From contig NC_086107.1 in NCBI RefSeq assembly GCF_963921235.1, forward strand, positions 110,176,001-110,240,000: a stretch of DNA of 64,000 bases, given 5' to 3'. Shown here in pieces: positions 39,769 to 53,397 of this stretch (its first letter is position 1; each line of letters starts with the position of its first letter). Position numbers and translations under genes: made by a program. This DNA is from Mobula hypostoma. Taxonomy: Eukaryota. The notes below the pieces were generated by a model that saw only the letters and a program-made list of their open reading frames with translations, did no database searches and was not told where the DNA came from.

Positions 39769-41238
39769 CAGTGGTATGGCAAAAGCTTAGGCACCCCTGG
39801 TCAAAATTTCTGTTACTGTGAAGTTAAGTGAGTAGAAGATGAACTGATCTCCAAAAGTCAAAGTTAAAGATGAAACATTCTTTTCAACATTTTAAGCAAG
39901 ACTAGTGTATTATTTTTGTTTTGTACAATTTTAGAGTGAAAAAAAGGAAAGCAGCACCATGCAAAAGTTTGGGCACCCCAAGAGATTTGAGCTCTCAGAT
40001 AACTTTTAATTAGCTTGTTAGGGCTATGGCTTGTTCACAGTCATCGTTAGGAAAGGCCAGGTGATGCAAATTTCAAAGCCTTATAAATACCCTGACTCCT
40101 CAAACCTTATCGCAACAATCAGCAGCCATGGGCACCTCTAAGCAGTTGCCTGGCACTCTGAAAATTAAAATAAATGTGCCCACAAAGCAGGAGAAGGCTA
40201 TAAGAAGACAGCAAAGCATTTTCAGGTAGCCGTTTCCTCAGTTCGTAATGTAATTAAGAAATGGCAGTTAATAGGAACGGTGGAGGTCAAGTTGAGGTCT
40301 GGAAGACCAAGAAAACTGCTTGTAGGATTGCTAGAAAGGCACATCAAAACCCCCGTTTGACTGCAAAAAACCTTCAGGAAGATTTAGCAGACTCTGGAGT
40401 GGTGGTGCACTGTTCTACTGTGCAACGACACCTGCACAAATTTGACTTTCATGGAAGAGTCATCAGAAGAAAACTTTTCCTGCATCCTCACCACAAAATT
40501 CAACGTCAGAAGTTTGCAAAGGAACATCTAAACAAGCCTGATGCATTTTGGAAACAAGTCCTGTGGACTGATGAAGTTAAAATAGAACATTTTGGCCACA
40601 ATGAGCAAAGGTATGTTTGGAGAAAAAAGGGTGCAGAATTTCATGAAAAGAACACCTCTCCAACTGTTAAGCACGGGGGTGGATCAATCATGCTTTGAGC
40701 TTGTGTTGCAGCCAGTGGCACGGGGAACATTTCACTGGTAGAGGAAAGAATGAATTCAATTCAATACCAGCAAATTCTGTAAGCAAATATCACAGTGTCT
40801 GTAAAAAAGCTGAAGATGAAAACAGGATGGTTTCTACAACAGGATAATGAACCTTAACACACCTCAATATCCACAATGGATTACCTCGAGGTGCAAGCTG
40901 AAGGTTTTGCCATGGCCCTCACAGTCCCCTGACCTAAACATAATCGAAAATCTGTGTTAGACCTCAAAAGAGCAGTGAATGCAAGACAGCCCAAGAATCT
41001 CAAAGAACTAGAAGCCTTTTTGCAAGGAAGAATGGGTGAAAATCCCCCAAAGAAGAATTGGAAGACTCTTAGCTGGCTACAAAAAGCATTTACAAGCTGT
41101 GATACTTGCCAAAGGGGGTGTTACCAAGTACTGACCATGCAGGGTGCCCAAACTTTTGCTTCAGGCCCTTTTCCTTTTTTGTTATTTTGAAACTATAAAA
41201 GATGGAAATAAAAAAGTAATCTTGCTTAAAATATTGAG
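39769..41238 (+). mobile_element. Tc1 transposon of IR/DR type with pseudogenised transposase (40128-41134); right TIR truncated
   Basis: [25 protein letters not shown] and SPDLNIIENL motifs; repeated GCAAAAG(C/T)TT(A/G)GGCACCCC sites at 39779 and 39961 and inverted at about 41141-41159. Confidence 0.9.
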
Positions 41239-42214
41239 ATTATAACGTACAATTTATATTTCAAGTATGCTAATACCCATTCCATATTTAATAGGCAAGG
41301 TGTAAAATATTGGACTTGAAACTTGCTTGGGAAGTTCTAGTTTCAGCAGCTTAATTGGGGAAATACTACATCTTGTATTCATAATGTTCAAATTAGGCAA
41401 CAAGTATCCAGTTAGTCAGAGACAAACACAAATAAACAGAAGAATTTAACTCTAGAAAAGATGACACATTTTACTCCAGTCCTGGGCCACCCATGTTGGA
41501 ATAGCTGTGGATGAAATGCCAGATGAAGTTTGATGCAACTTTGGCTCTCAGCCAGCCAGCCTCGTGTCTGCCCCTCCCGGGCTATGCCATTTGAAATTAC
41601 AAACAACAATCCTTTTCAAATGTGTGGAAGATTCAAGATCCATTGTGATACTCTGAAATTGTCAGGAAGAAATCGTGCCCATGTAACATACCAATACACA
41701 CATGGACATGCATGCACACACGAGTGAGTGTGCACACGCGCACACAAAAACCTGAGAGGATTAATGGGATATCTTCTCCATTTTCTTGTCCACCCTGATA
41801 CCTCACTAGGAATACAAAGACTAATCTCAGCATCTTTGTAACTGCTTTATTGAGATCCAGTGGAGAAGGACAATGCAAGACTCCTGTGTTTGTCAATCAT
41901 CAATGCTGCCAAGTGAACCAGGAGGCAGATTTTCACACAACCAGCATGTGTAACTTGGGCTCCACATATGTGTATTCATTATGAAACTTCATAATTTTTC
42001 ATAAATTCTATTGTATTTCATTTTCCTGTAAATCTCTGCAAGAAAGAATCTCAAGGCAGTATATGTTGATATGTACGTACTTCGATAATAAATTTACTTT
42101 GAACTTTTGAGGGCAGTAATTAGAGATATATGAGGAACTGGGCTGGACGTGGAAGACTAAATTGGAAGTTTCATTTTAGTTATACGCAAGAGAGAAGACC
42201 ACATTGCTAGTATC

Positions 42215-42220
42215 TTTATT
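42215..42220 (-). terminator. Candidate distal ATF7IP polyadenylation signal (AATAAA on minus strand)
   Basis: tttatt at the boundary where a repeat-free block of about 2.6 kb after the stop gives way to repeats. Confidence 0.45.
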
Positions 42221-44808
42221 TTCACACTATAAACTTCAGATTTTTGTGAACAAAATTTCACTTAAAAGTCGCATCCAGGGCAACACAGCATGATGCCACA
42301 TTTCTGAAATACAATTATCATGATCTTGCAATTGACCGTATACTAAGTGTAAACTAAAGAATAATAATATAAAAAAACCAAAAAGCAATACAATTACATT
42401 CAACCTGTTCCAGCATTTCAGTGTTTAATCCCTCCCTGGGAAAGAGATATCTCTCACTATTTATTACAAATATACTTTTCATGTTTTTATTGTTGTACCC
42501 TTTGGCTAGAAGGCTGCATAAATGAGTAAACAATGTAATAAGTTATAATTTTCTCCAAGTAAAATGATACAGTGAGGCACACTTTACTGGTGTTCAAATT
42601 GTTTAATCTATTCCCGAGACCCGCAGAGGAATATTCATTGAGTGACATCAGTTGCCCAAGCTCCACTGATAATTCTCTTCCCCAACTGACTTCACCTGCA
42701 GACAAACAGGCGTCCATTCCCCTTGCACCAAGCAGTGCTCTTTCCCAGTAGATGCTTTACACTGCAATAGGTTGTAAATCCCCTGCCATTCCCCTTAACT
42801 GCTGGAAGACTTTTCTCCATTGACCACCTACCAATCATTGCTGGCCATCACATGGCCAACCATTATTTGCTCTGGATCTCTCCCTATTGTTACTCAATAT
42901 GGCCTTGGGTCCCTCAAAAGGTACTGAAGCACGCTGGAGCATGGATGAGGGGCCTCAATCTCAATTGAAATAGTACAGCCCGCAAAACAAGTAACAATTC
43001 GTGCATAATATCATTTTTAATCCTGTATGAGGTCAGTGTCACAACAGCTAATCGACTATGGCCATTTTGAAGAAGTTTAGTTGAACTATGGTGTTTTAAG
43101 GTTCTGCTCAAATTAGATTGTTTCTAAATACACAAACAGCAGCAATCATCTGGCGAGGCTGTTGGCTGGCCACTGCCGCCCTAGGGATGGGGATAGGGAT
43201 AGGGGAGGGACTGTATGTGATGCAGGTTAAATTAACAGCCATAACCCAATTCAAAGGACCATTCTTTGATTAAATTAATGTAAAATTTTAAACTTTATTA
43301 ATGCTTTACAACAATAACCAACTTTCAGTGCAGGAGCACAACTTTGTCAGGTGTGGTATTGAGAACTACTTGGTTCATCCTTGTGTGTACCAGATTTTGA
43401 GTCGGCATGTTTGCACCACACCAATGTCACTGTATAACAGACAGATCAGACTTTCACTAACAGAATTGTGCCGACAGGTCTTAAGCAGTTCTGATTTCCA
43501 TATCATAGAGCTTCAAATAGAAGGGGTTTATAATACGGTAGTAGTGGGCATCTGGTAATTTAAAAAAAAACAGGTATGAACTCAACCAAAGGCAAGGGAC
43601 TCGCCGAAACCACTGCAGCGAGAAAACCGCAAGGCGATCCGGGAAGAATTTGAAAACCGCTCAGCACAAGCACCGTTTACTCGCTCCTGCTAACTAATCT
43701 GCCCCTTCAAAGAGCATGGAAACACTCACCCCCAGGATGGCAGGATTTGTGCTTGCTGACTTGAGATCAAGTTCGAAACGAAAGATTTGATGCTCGCAAG
43801 GAAGAATATATACAACATAGTGGCTTTAATGGGAGAGCAGGATTGAGATTTACATATACATATATATATATATATTTATATATCTTCTTAAAAAATTCAT
43901 TATACCAGAAAAGTGGTACTGATGAAAAAAGGTTCTCTCAAAGACTCACTATCCAGTGAACACATAAGGTACTTCTTTCACACTGATTAAAAATATATTT
44001 GAGAATCTTATTTGTATCTTCTGAACCAACAGGTTGCTCTGATAACACTTCTAATGCAGGCATTTGGCAAAAACCATAGAATCTGTTTTTATTCGCCACC
44101 GTATTACCCAAAATCCCTTCCCATCAAAACACAGTAAAGCAACTCAGTTTGAAATCTTACATGGTTTCAATAATCTGACTGGAAAAATAAAAGAAAGGGG
44201 GTGGGAGGGGTCTGACATCTTTGCTGAGGCTCAATCAGTCACAATGCCTCTCTGAATCAAGTATGCAGTCTATTGCAAGTTGCATTCATTTCAGGAGTAT
44301 TTCAGGCAATTATCCTAGTCACTGCTGATCAACTTTCACTGCTTCTCAAAGTGATAGAGGCCGCAGTGAAAACAATTGTAAAAAAAAATTTTTAAAAAAC
44401 ACAAAAAGTTATACATGTACGAATCACTTTAACAGTCTGCATCATTTGTCACATTTAGGAATGTTTCTCTTTAAATGTCGACCCATTGAGAACCATAGAA
44501 CGAGCTGAATAATTCCACTGTAGGTGACGCCTCATTAAAGACCCTACGAGTCACACACCTCCGGTCAAATAGAGTCTGCAGCGGAAAGAAATGCAACTCA
44601 GAGGAGGAGTAAGCAGCACATCTTGGTGCAACATCCTGTATTTATTGTGCTGCCTAATTTATACCATGAACCTCTTTGTATATATACAGTGTAGTGTACA
44701 CAGGTACTAATCGAGTCAGAGACATCTATAGAAAAACTACAACACGTCATGCATGATGTAAGAAAAGAAATGAAAAAATATCGTGATTCTTTTTGTTGAT
44801 TTTTGATA

Positions 44809-45228
44809 TTAATTACCCTGTGTCGACATCACATCAGTCGACTGCGGGTCACAGAAAGGTCCATATCGGCCGTAAACGTCCTTTGCTCGGACTGCAAAGT
44901 AGTACTTGCTTCCAGAGACAAACTGGGTAAGAGTGCAGGCCATGGGAAGGGGTAGTGCCTTCACTTCTCCTATCTTCTTCCACTGAGATGGTGTGGTGGT
45001 AGCTGGATCTTCGTGGTAGGCGTAGAGATGATAACTGTCCACGGGGGCACAAGAACGGTCCACCTCCAGAACACTCCAGGACAGGACAATTCCGTTTTGG
45101 CTCTGGACACGGGCCAGCTTCAGGTGGGGCTTCTGGGGCGCTGAGGTGTTGGCTGCCTCTGGTGGTAGCCTCTGTGGTGCTTGGGCTTCAGGGAGCGGTG
45201 CTGGGTGGATAGGTCGTGGAGGATCCTG
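44809..45228 (-). CDS. ATF7IP: ATF7IP (MCAF1) last coding exon, fibronectin type III domain
   Basis: [15 protein letters not shown]...[20 protein letters not shown]...[35 protein letters not shown]...STQGN*, nearly identical to the vertebrate ATF7IP C-terminus. The acceptor is CAGCAG, so the exon starts at 45228 or 45225. Confidence 0.96.
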   Translation of the reverse strand, partial: QDPPRPIHPAPLPEAQAPQRLPPEAANTSAPQKPHLKLARVQSQNGIVLSWSVLEVDRSCAPVDSYHLYAYHEDPATTTPSQWKKIGEVKALPLPMACTLTQFVSGSKYYFAVRAKDVYGRYGPFCDPQSTDVMSTQGN

Positions 45229-46260
45229 CTGCAACGTAAAGGAGACAGGTCATTTCCAGAGCCCGAGAAAGCCCACCCATTACTTAAGTCTGATTCTTAA
45301 ATCAAATCATACGATGCAAGACTTCAGAAAACTACAACACCAGAACAAGTATGATAGAATGGGTGCATTGGAATCTTTGTATTGAGGGTCACGTGAAAAT
45401 TGGGAAACAAAAAGTGTAAGTGCTGGGATCTGAAAACAAGAAGAAACATTCAAGAACTCAGCCACTCAAGGAGCAGCTATCGAAATAGAAACCAATCAGT
45501 GTTTTGAATCAGGCAGCTTTCAAAGTCCAAAGTTCAAAGTAAATTTATTATTAAAGAACATACGTTAAGTCACCATTCATTTTCTTGCAGGCATTCACTG
45601 TGGAACAGAGAAATACAATAGAATCAATGGAAAACTATGCAAAAAGAAAGACTGAAGAACTCCTTTCACAGATGTGACTAGTGGTGTTCTACAGGGATCA
45701 GTGCTAGGCCTGTTGTTGTCATCTATATTAATGACTTGGATGATAATGTGGGAAACGGGTTCAACAAATTTGCAGGCACTACCAAGGAAGGCTGTTAGGA
45801 TTTGGACCAGTTGCAAAAACGAGCTGAAAAATGTCAGATGGAATTTAATGCAGACAAGTTTGAGGTGTTCCAGTTTGGGAGGACATACCAGGGAAGGACA
45901 TAGGGCATAGGGCGTGGTAGAAGAGGGATCGGGGAATATAGGTTCATAATTCCTTGAAAGTGGCATTACAGGTATATAAGGTCATAAAGAGAGCTTTTGA
46001 TACATTGGCCTTCACAAATCAAAGTGAGCAGAGGAATTGGGATGTAATGTTGAAATTGTGTAAGACATTGGCGAGGCAAAATTTGGAGTACTGTGTGCGG
46101 TTCTGGCCACCTACAGGAAAGATGTAAGTAAGTACAGAGAAAATTTACAAGGCAGAAAAGTAATATTTAATATGCTGTATTGGTTAATACATGACCCAAT
46201 CCCTCCACCTGACTCTGATGTTTTTTTTGATTATTACAGCGCTGCCCTCCTGTGCCTTAC

Positions 46261-46370
46261 CTGTGAAGGCCGGTGATGTACCGTGAACTGAGGCATATTC
46301 GGCATCATTGGGATAGAGATCACATTGTTGACGATATACGAGGTTTGTGGTGGCCGGACTGACATCCCTG
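46261..46370 (-). CDS. ATF7IP: ATF7IP penultimate coding exon (AGMSVRPPQTSYIVNNVISIPMMPNMPQFTVHHRPSQ)
   Basis: CAGCAG acceptor (start 46370 or 46367), CAG|gtaagg donor; resembles human VRVPQTTTYVVNN...QLTVHHRPPQ. Confidence 0.9.
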
Positions 46371-47343
46371 CTGACAGAATACAAGACTTTACTTTGAGTG
46401 TACTGAAAAGAAAAAGAACAAATTGTTTACTTTTTAAAAAAATGTTTGCACAATTTGTTCCTTTTTTGTCCATTGGATGTTCGTCAGTCTTGGTTATGAG
46501 TTCCCCCCCCATTGTGTTTCTTTGTTTCGTGGCTGCCTGTAAGAAGTTGAATTTCAAGGTTGTATATGGTATACATACTTCAATAATAAATGTATTTTGA
46601 ACTTTAGAGCTTTGAATGATGACTGGCAGGATGATGGTGAGCTGTTGGGGTCGATGTACAATTTTTCAGATTCTGGCCACCTGACTCTGAAGTGAAGGTT
46701 TTTGAATTCTCACTCTCAAAGCATTCAACACCCTATTTCCAAAGGAACTTTAACTATTATCTGTGAGGAAAAAGTTTAAAGATTAGCTTTTACTTGCCAC
46801 ATGTATACTGAAACACGCAGTGAAGTACACCGCATGTGTTGAGGATGCACTGGAGACAGCTTCGTAATGTCGCCGTGCTTTTGGCACCATGTCCACGACC
46901 TACACAAAGTGCTGGAGAAACCCAGCAGCCCAGGCAGCCGATGTCCCAGGCCGAGACCGTTCATCAGGACTGATGAAGGGCCTCTACCTGAACTGTGAGC
47001 TCTTTATTTCTCTCCATAGATGCTGCCTGACCCACTGAGTTCCTCCAGCATTTTGTATGTGCTACTCTGGATTCTCAGCATCTGTAGAATCTCTTGCATT
47101 TATGCCACAATTTACAATCCTAACCCATATGTCTTTGGACTGCAGGAGGAAACAGGGGCACCTGGAGGAAACCCACATGGTCACAGGGAGAACATACAAA
47201 CTCCTTACAGACAACGGATGGAATGTCATAAGCTTGTTTACCTAAAAACAGAATATTTCCAAGGCAGGAGGAAAATGGAGTTAAACACTGTAGATTTTCC
47301 TTCGTTTTTCTACGAGGTTAAAATGAACTAAGGTGATCCTTAC

Positions 47344-47562
47344 CACTGACAGGAGGCTGAGGACTGGGCTGGCGGACTGCCTGGCTCTGTGTCGTTACAG
47401 CACGCACTGCACTGTGACTTTGGTATGCTGGGGACGATGTGTAAACTGCAGGGTTGGTGCTTCCTCTTTGGAGAATGGCAGGGGGAGGTCTGATGGGTGC
47501 TTGTGACGTGGGCGGGGGCATTTGAGGACGCTGATGCGGCAGAATACTCTGATTTGATTGCC
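47344..47562 (-). CDS. ATF7IP: ATF7IP internal exon (GQSNQSILPHQRPQ...QAVRQPSPQPPVS)
   Basis: gttcacag acceptor, G|gtaagg donor, 219 nt, phase 1-1; Pro/Gln/Ser-rich and in frame with its neighbours. Confidence 0.85.
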
Positions 47563-50500
47563 CTGTGAACAGAACACATTGAATATTATGCCATATCTGA
47601 TCCACGTATGCCAGCATTCTTAAGAAACACTCACACATTTATTGATTTTTGTGAACCCTCCCTCTTCTCCACATTCCCCATTCTGGCATCCCTCCTCCTT
47701 CCATGGCCCTCTGTCCTCTATGATCAGATTCCTTCTTCTTTAGCCCTTTACCTCTTCCACCTATCACCTACCAGTTCGTACTCCTTCCCTTACCTCTTAT
47801 TCAGGCTTCTTCTCCCCTTCATCAGGACAGGAAAGGAAGGGCTTCAGCCCGAAATGTTCTCTGTTTATTCCTCTCCATAAATGCTGCCTGACCTGCCAAA
47901 TTCGTCCAGCATTTTGTGTGTGTGTGTGTTGCTGGAAGTGGTCTATTATTGTTACATGTATGGAGATACAGTGAAAAGCTAGTCTTACATACTGTTCATA
48001 CAGATCAGATTGCAGCTAGAGCAAAATAAAACAAAAACATTGAAGAATTAAGTGTAAAAGCTACTGAAAAGGTGCCATGCAGGCAAACAATAAAGTGCAA
48101 GATCATAAGGAGGTAGATTGTGAGGCTAAGAGCCCACCTCATCAAACAAGAGGCCTGTTCTGATTACAGTGGGATAGAAACTGTCGAGCCTAGTGGTCAC
48201 TGATTACGTGTAAACCAATGCTTCAACTGGTTCACATTTGACCATAACAACCTTCCTTAGGTTCAGACAGTAATAACTGGTGTGATGAAACTAATCATTA
48301 CAGAAAGATCTGAACCTAAGTCACCTCGCCCCACCCATTTAATCTGACTTTCATTAGATCACGGCTGATCTGATCTGCAAGTTCCTGCCTGTGTCCCATC
48401 ATCTCAGCTCCCTCATAGATCTAAAAAAAACCTGTACATCTTTTCCTGAACATTAGGAAGAAACTTCTCTTCATCTCTTCCTTAAATGCACAATGCCTTA
48501 TTCTGATTCTATGCCCCATAGTTCTGGATTCCACACCCCCCACACCAATAAAAGGCACCTTCCCAACACCCACCCTACCTAGCCCCCCCTTCAGAATGAA
48601 CTGCTCTCATTCAACTGTACCCCAGCAGGTGGAGGTCATCATTCCTGAGAATATACTCCCCTTACCTCACAGGAATCAAGCTCGTAAACCGTCTCAAATG
48701 CAAGTGGTAACGCAAGCTCCTTAAGTAAAGGCCAAATCTGTAAATTGTAGATTATGGGTGCAATCTCACCAGTATTCGGTGCAATCTACATTTTCCCAGT
48801 TTATTCTTTGCCTTCTGCCTTCTCCATTTTCTGTCTGAACACCAATTCTAATTCTTTTCCTTTCAATTGGACACTCTTAACCTTTCCAGTTAACTACAGA
48901 TAGATTTTTTTCCACATTCTGTATCTCAATGGAATATATGTTTGCTCAGAACGATGAAACATTTCCTTCAATGTTAGCACTTGCTATCTGTCCACCTTAG
49001 CTTCAATTTTCCCAAACTCTGATAGCCAACTTTGCCTTCATATCGTTCTAATTCCCTCTAGGTTTAAGATACAGGTCACTCTAAAACTGAGCATGAAATT
49101 TTAAGTTATGATCACTCTGCCCCCAGGAATTCCTCAACTATTAATAATCCCACCTCATTTCACATAACCAGATCTAAATAACTCGCTCCCTGGTTTGCTG
49201 CACAGAAATCCTGAATGGACTCTGTTCTACCTTTGCAAATTTGCTTAGATTTCCTTTTGCAAAAATTAAATGTCTACCATTATTGCCATATTCTTTAAAA
49301 AAAATCCTGACTTATATTCTTCCTACAGTACACCTACTGCTTAGGGCTGGAAGTTTACCTATATCAGACTTTTCTTCTTCCTGCTGTTTTCTTATCTGCA
49401 ACCTGGATACATTTCACCCCTTTTTAACAGGACTAAAGAAAGGAGAGGGCAAACACTTAGGGAGTCTTTCACAACATAGAAATCATTCGAGCTCGAATGA
49501 AAATGCCACAAACAGCAGTGTGACTGTAGTGTTACTCCCATGTCACTCAATTAGCCACTCCCACATGGAAGGAGTTCACATACTGAAGAAGCAGTGTATT
49601 CAATAAAGTTCAGCTGAATATCCTGCATATTGGTGTCCTGGTTTGCTCTGCACTCTCCCTCACCGTTGAACACAATAATGACAATGGCCAAAGAACCTCT
49701 TTCAGGAATTTCTGTTTAAGGAACAAGAATTCTCCTGTTTTTTTTTCTTCACGTTGGGATTATTTGTAGCCACACATTGGGATCGATTACCTGGAAATTC
49801 AGCTGAACACATATTTTATTATTTTAAAGATCAACATTATTTGTCACATGTACATAGAAATATACAGTGAAATGTGTCATTTAAGTTAAATTAAATCAGC
49901 AACGATTGTACTGGGCAGCCCGTAAGTGTCGCCATGCTTCCAGCAGCAACATAGCAAGCCCACAACTCATTTTCCCTAACCATACATCTTTGGAATGTGG
50001 GAGGAAACCAGAGCACCTGGAGGAAACCCATGCGGCCACGGGGACGTACAGACTCCTTACAGATGGTGGCAGGAATTGAGCCTGAATCTGACAGCTGGTG
50101 CTGTAAAATGACTACACTAACCACTATGCTACCGTGCCGCCCTGTGGCTTTGAAAAATGAGGCAATCAAATATTTGGAATGAAACATAATTACAAACATT
50201 TCTGCATTGCTTTGGAAAATTATCAGGATACTTCTGTGATGAGTTCACCCTTGTGCACTATAAGGTTTCTGTGTCAATAGCGCAGAGGATGGACGTCATT
50301 CCTTATGAAACACTCATATTGCAACAAGACTCGATCAACGGGGAGGCAAACTGTAAAACCAGCTGTGTTGTCAATACCTTGCATTCTTCAGGTCTTCACT
50401 TTCCTAAACCAGCATAATCACAATCCACTCCCATTACCTCTCATCTGCAGCAGACAGAACACCAGCACTCCGAGAGAACCTGATCTGTTGCACCTCACGC

Positions 50501-51447
50501 CTCCTGCTTCTGACTACCCACCACGACCAGAGGGTGCTAGTATCTTAACCATTTCTCTTCATCATTTGCCTGATACTCCTCTCACTTTAACCTTCAAGAG
50601 GTTCTGACCTTGAACCTGTGGGACTGAAGTGTGTAGGGGAGTAGGGCAAGGGGAACAGGGCTATGTAAAGAAGCTATTGACACCTCACTCCTAATCCCAG
50701 TAGGATGCACTGGAGTTTTATCGTAAATTCGCACACAAAACCAGATACGTTTTTTTTAACCAGGGTAGAAATGGCTAAGATGAGGAGGCATAATTTTAAG
50801 GTAATTGGAAGCAAGTATAGGGGGACGTCAAAGGCAGGTTGTTTTTTTTTTAAAAACACAAAATGTTTTTTCACAAGAGTGCATGGTGATAGAGGCAGAT
50901 ACGTTAGGAGCATTTAAGAGACACTTAGATAGGCATGTGGATGATAGCAAAATAGAGGGCTACGTAGGAGGGAAGGGTTAGATTGGTCTTAGGGTAGGTT
51001 AAAAGATCGATAAAACAACTATGGGCTGAAGGGCCTGTACTGCCCGTAGTGTTAGAGAGTCTGTTTCTATGTTAAAACAATGAAACAATATGGGGGCATC
51101 TCAATAACATCTTTGTAAATTTTGGAAGTGTAACTATGACCCAAGATTTAAAATTGTTTAATGCCATTTCCTGTACAGAAGTGTAAGGAGAATGAAATAA
51201 TTGTTACTCCGGATCAGATGCAGCACAAAAATCCCACAAAAGATAAAGAGCACAATAATAATATTAAAAAGACACAATAAATATAAATACATAAAATAGC
51301 TTATATACATACACTGATTGTTATGTTCATAAAGTGACACTAGGACAAGTGCCAGCACTACTAAGCAGCCTCCAAACCAGCCAATTTTCTGTCCTACAAA
51401 TGCCAAGACGAGATCAGAAACTTGTATTTAACATTAGGATTCAATAC

Positions 51448-51675
51448 CTGCTAATACTCTACCTGCAGACACACTGTGCACACTGGCAGTCTGTACTGTT
51501 AACCCGATTGTGCCCGTGCTGTTCTGGCTTGCTGGTAAGTGGGATTGTGTGGAGGGCAGCTGTGCAGAAATCCCCTGGGAAGCAGCAGGAGGTCGAACCT
51601 GGTTTTGGACAATGGGCAGGGGTAGCGGAAGCTGGTTCGTTCCTTGGTTAATAGGCTGATTGTGTTTCCTGGCAC
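51448..51675 (-). CDS. ATF7IP: ATF7IP internal exon (GARKHNQPINQG...VQTASVHSVSA[GRVLA])
   Basis: ttttatcttgactag acceptor, open frame, two possible in-frame donors (exon end 51463 or 51448), phase 1-1. Confidence 0.75.
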
Positions 51676-52789
51676 CTAGTCAAGATAAAAAGTATGCCAA
51701 AGTAATACAAGCCTATGACATATCACCACATCCACCCATAGAGAGAAGCTTAGAACACTTTGAATGGACATATTTTTTCAGTAATAGCATCCAGGTGCAA
51801 GCTCATTTTAATTTCAGAGATACAGCACTGTAACAGTCCCTCTGGCCCAATCACACCCATGTGACCAATTACCCTACTAACCGTGTGTCTTTGGAGTGTG
51901 GGAGGAAACTGGAGCACCCGGAGGAAACCCACACGGTCACGGGGAGAACGGACAAACTTCTTAGGCAGTGGCAGGAATTGAATCCCGGTTGCTAACACAG
52001 TAACAGTGTTATGCTAACCACTACGGTACCATTTCACATGCAATTTCAGCCAGATTGATATCACATTTTGCGTGCTCAAGGAGTAATTTTAAGATGTGCA
52101 GGACAAGTTTCTGTTTAGACAGAGTGCTAGGTGCCTGGAACGCTCTGCCCCCGGGTGGTGGCGGCAGGAGAAGTAATAGAGGCATTTAGATAGAAACATA
52201 AACATGAAGGGAATGGAAGGATATGGATCACAAGCAGACAGACATGATTAATTTGATTTGGGATCGTGGTTGGCAAAGACATCCTGGGCCAAAGACCTAT
52301 TCTTATGTTGTAATCTTCTAAGTTCTGCCTACACAGCTCCTATGTACTGCTCAACGGATTAGTTTTATTTTGTTTGAGATGAATATTTAAGAAATCTTCG
52401 ATGAATACTGTAAATATTTAACTTGCTTTCAATGATAGGAAATGATTTTCTACATAGTGTGTCTGCTGGGACTTATTGGACTAAGTGGCCAAAATACCTA
52501 GAGTGCTAATTGATAAAAAAAAACTGCCAATTTTTATTACTGCAATACTCTTCTAATTTATATGATAAACTACATTACCGGGACCAGGCCTAAAAAATAC
52601 ACTTAGCTAAAATAAACCCACCGAAGGGATGGGTATTCTTTCTGAGGGAAATTCTGTATCAGAATCAGGCATGCACCAGGAGTTTGTCACAACTGCAACT
52701 GATGTTTATAGATTACAGGGGAGAGTCATGCATCACTAAATACAGGGAGCTGCAAGAGGAAGATGGTGGAAGATTGCAAGGGTCCATAC

Positions 52790-52868
52790 CTTGTGTCGAC
52801 ATTTCTTCTTCATCGTCACCAGTCAGGTCAATAACAGCTCCCACGTCACTTCCTCCTGTCTTTCCACT
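52790..52868 (-). CDS. ATF7IP: ATF7IP exon with SUMO-interacting motif (SGKTGGSDVGAVIDLTGDDEEEMSTQ)
   Basis: tttttctttcag acceptor, G|gtatgg donor; VIDLT plus an acidic tract matches the human MCAF1 SIM (VIDLTMDDEE). Upstream exons were not found in the window. Confidence 0.9.
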
Positions 52869-53397
52869 CTGAAAGAAAAAACTGCTGTTTTGCGATGGGA
52901 TTCCTCGAGCGGCAATGGACTACACATCAACATCTGCTCACGTCACTATGCAGAGACCTCTGAGAGATGTGAACCGTGACAGGTGAACTGTCCTCTATGG
53001 TTTCACATTTTAAGTTCTGATAAGTGACCATTTTATTCCATGAACTTACAAGTATTGTGTTGTAGATTGGAACAAATATCTAGAATGATCTATTGACAGA
53101 TTTGAGTGCTGAAAATTGTATGGCTTACCTGGTTAATATCATTAAATAAATTTGCAGAAATGTTTGGGCATGTTTGTGGCTGAAAGACGGGAACATTTTT
53201 TTATAGAAGAGATTACAGCATGGTAACAGACCCTTTTGACCCAATGTACCCGTGCTCCCTAATTACACCTCATATGACAAATTAACTTTCTAACCAGCAC
53301 GTTCTTGGAACGTGGGAGGAAACCCACATGGTCACAGGGAGAATGTACAAGCACCTCACAGACAGCAGAACTGAACCTGGGTCACAGGTGTTGTAAT

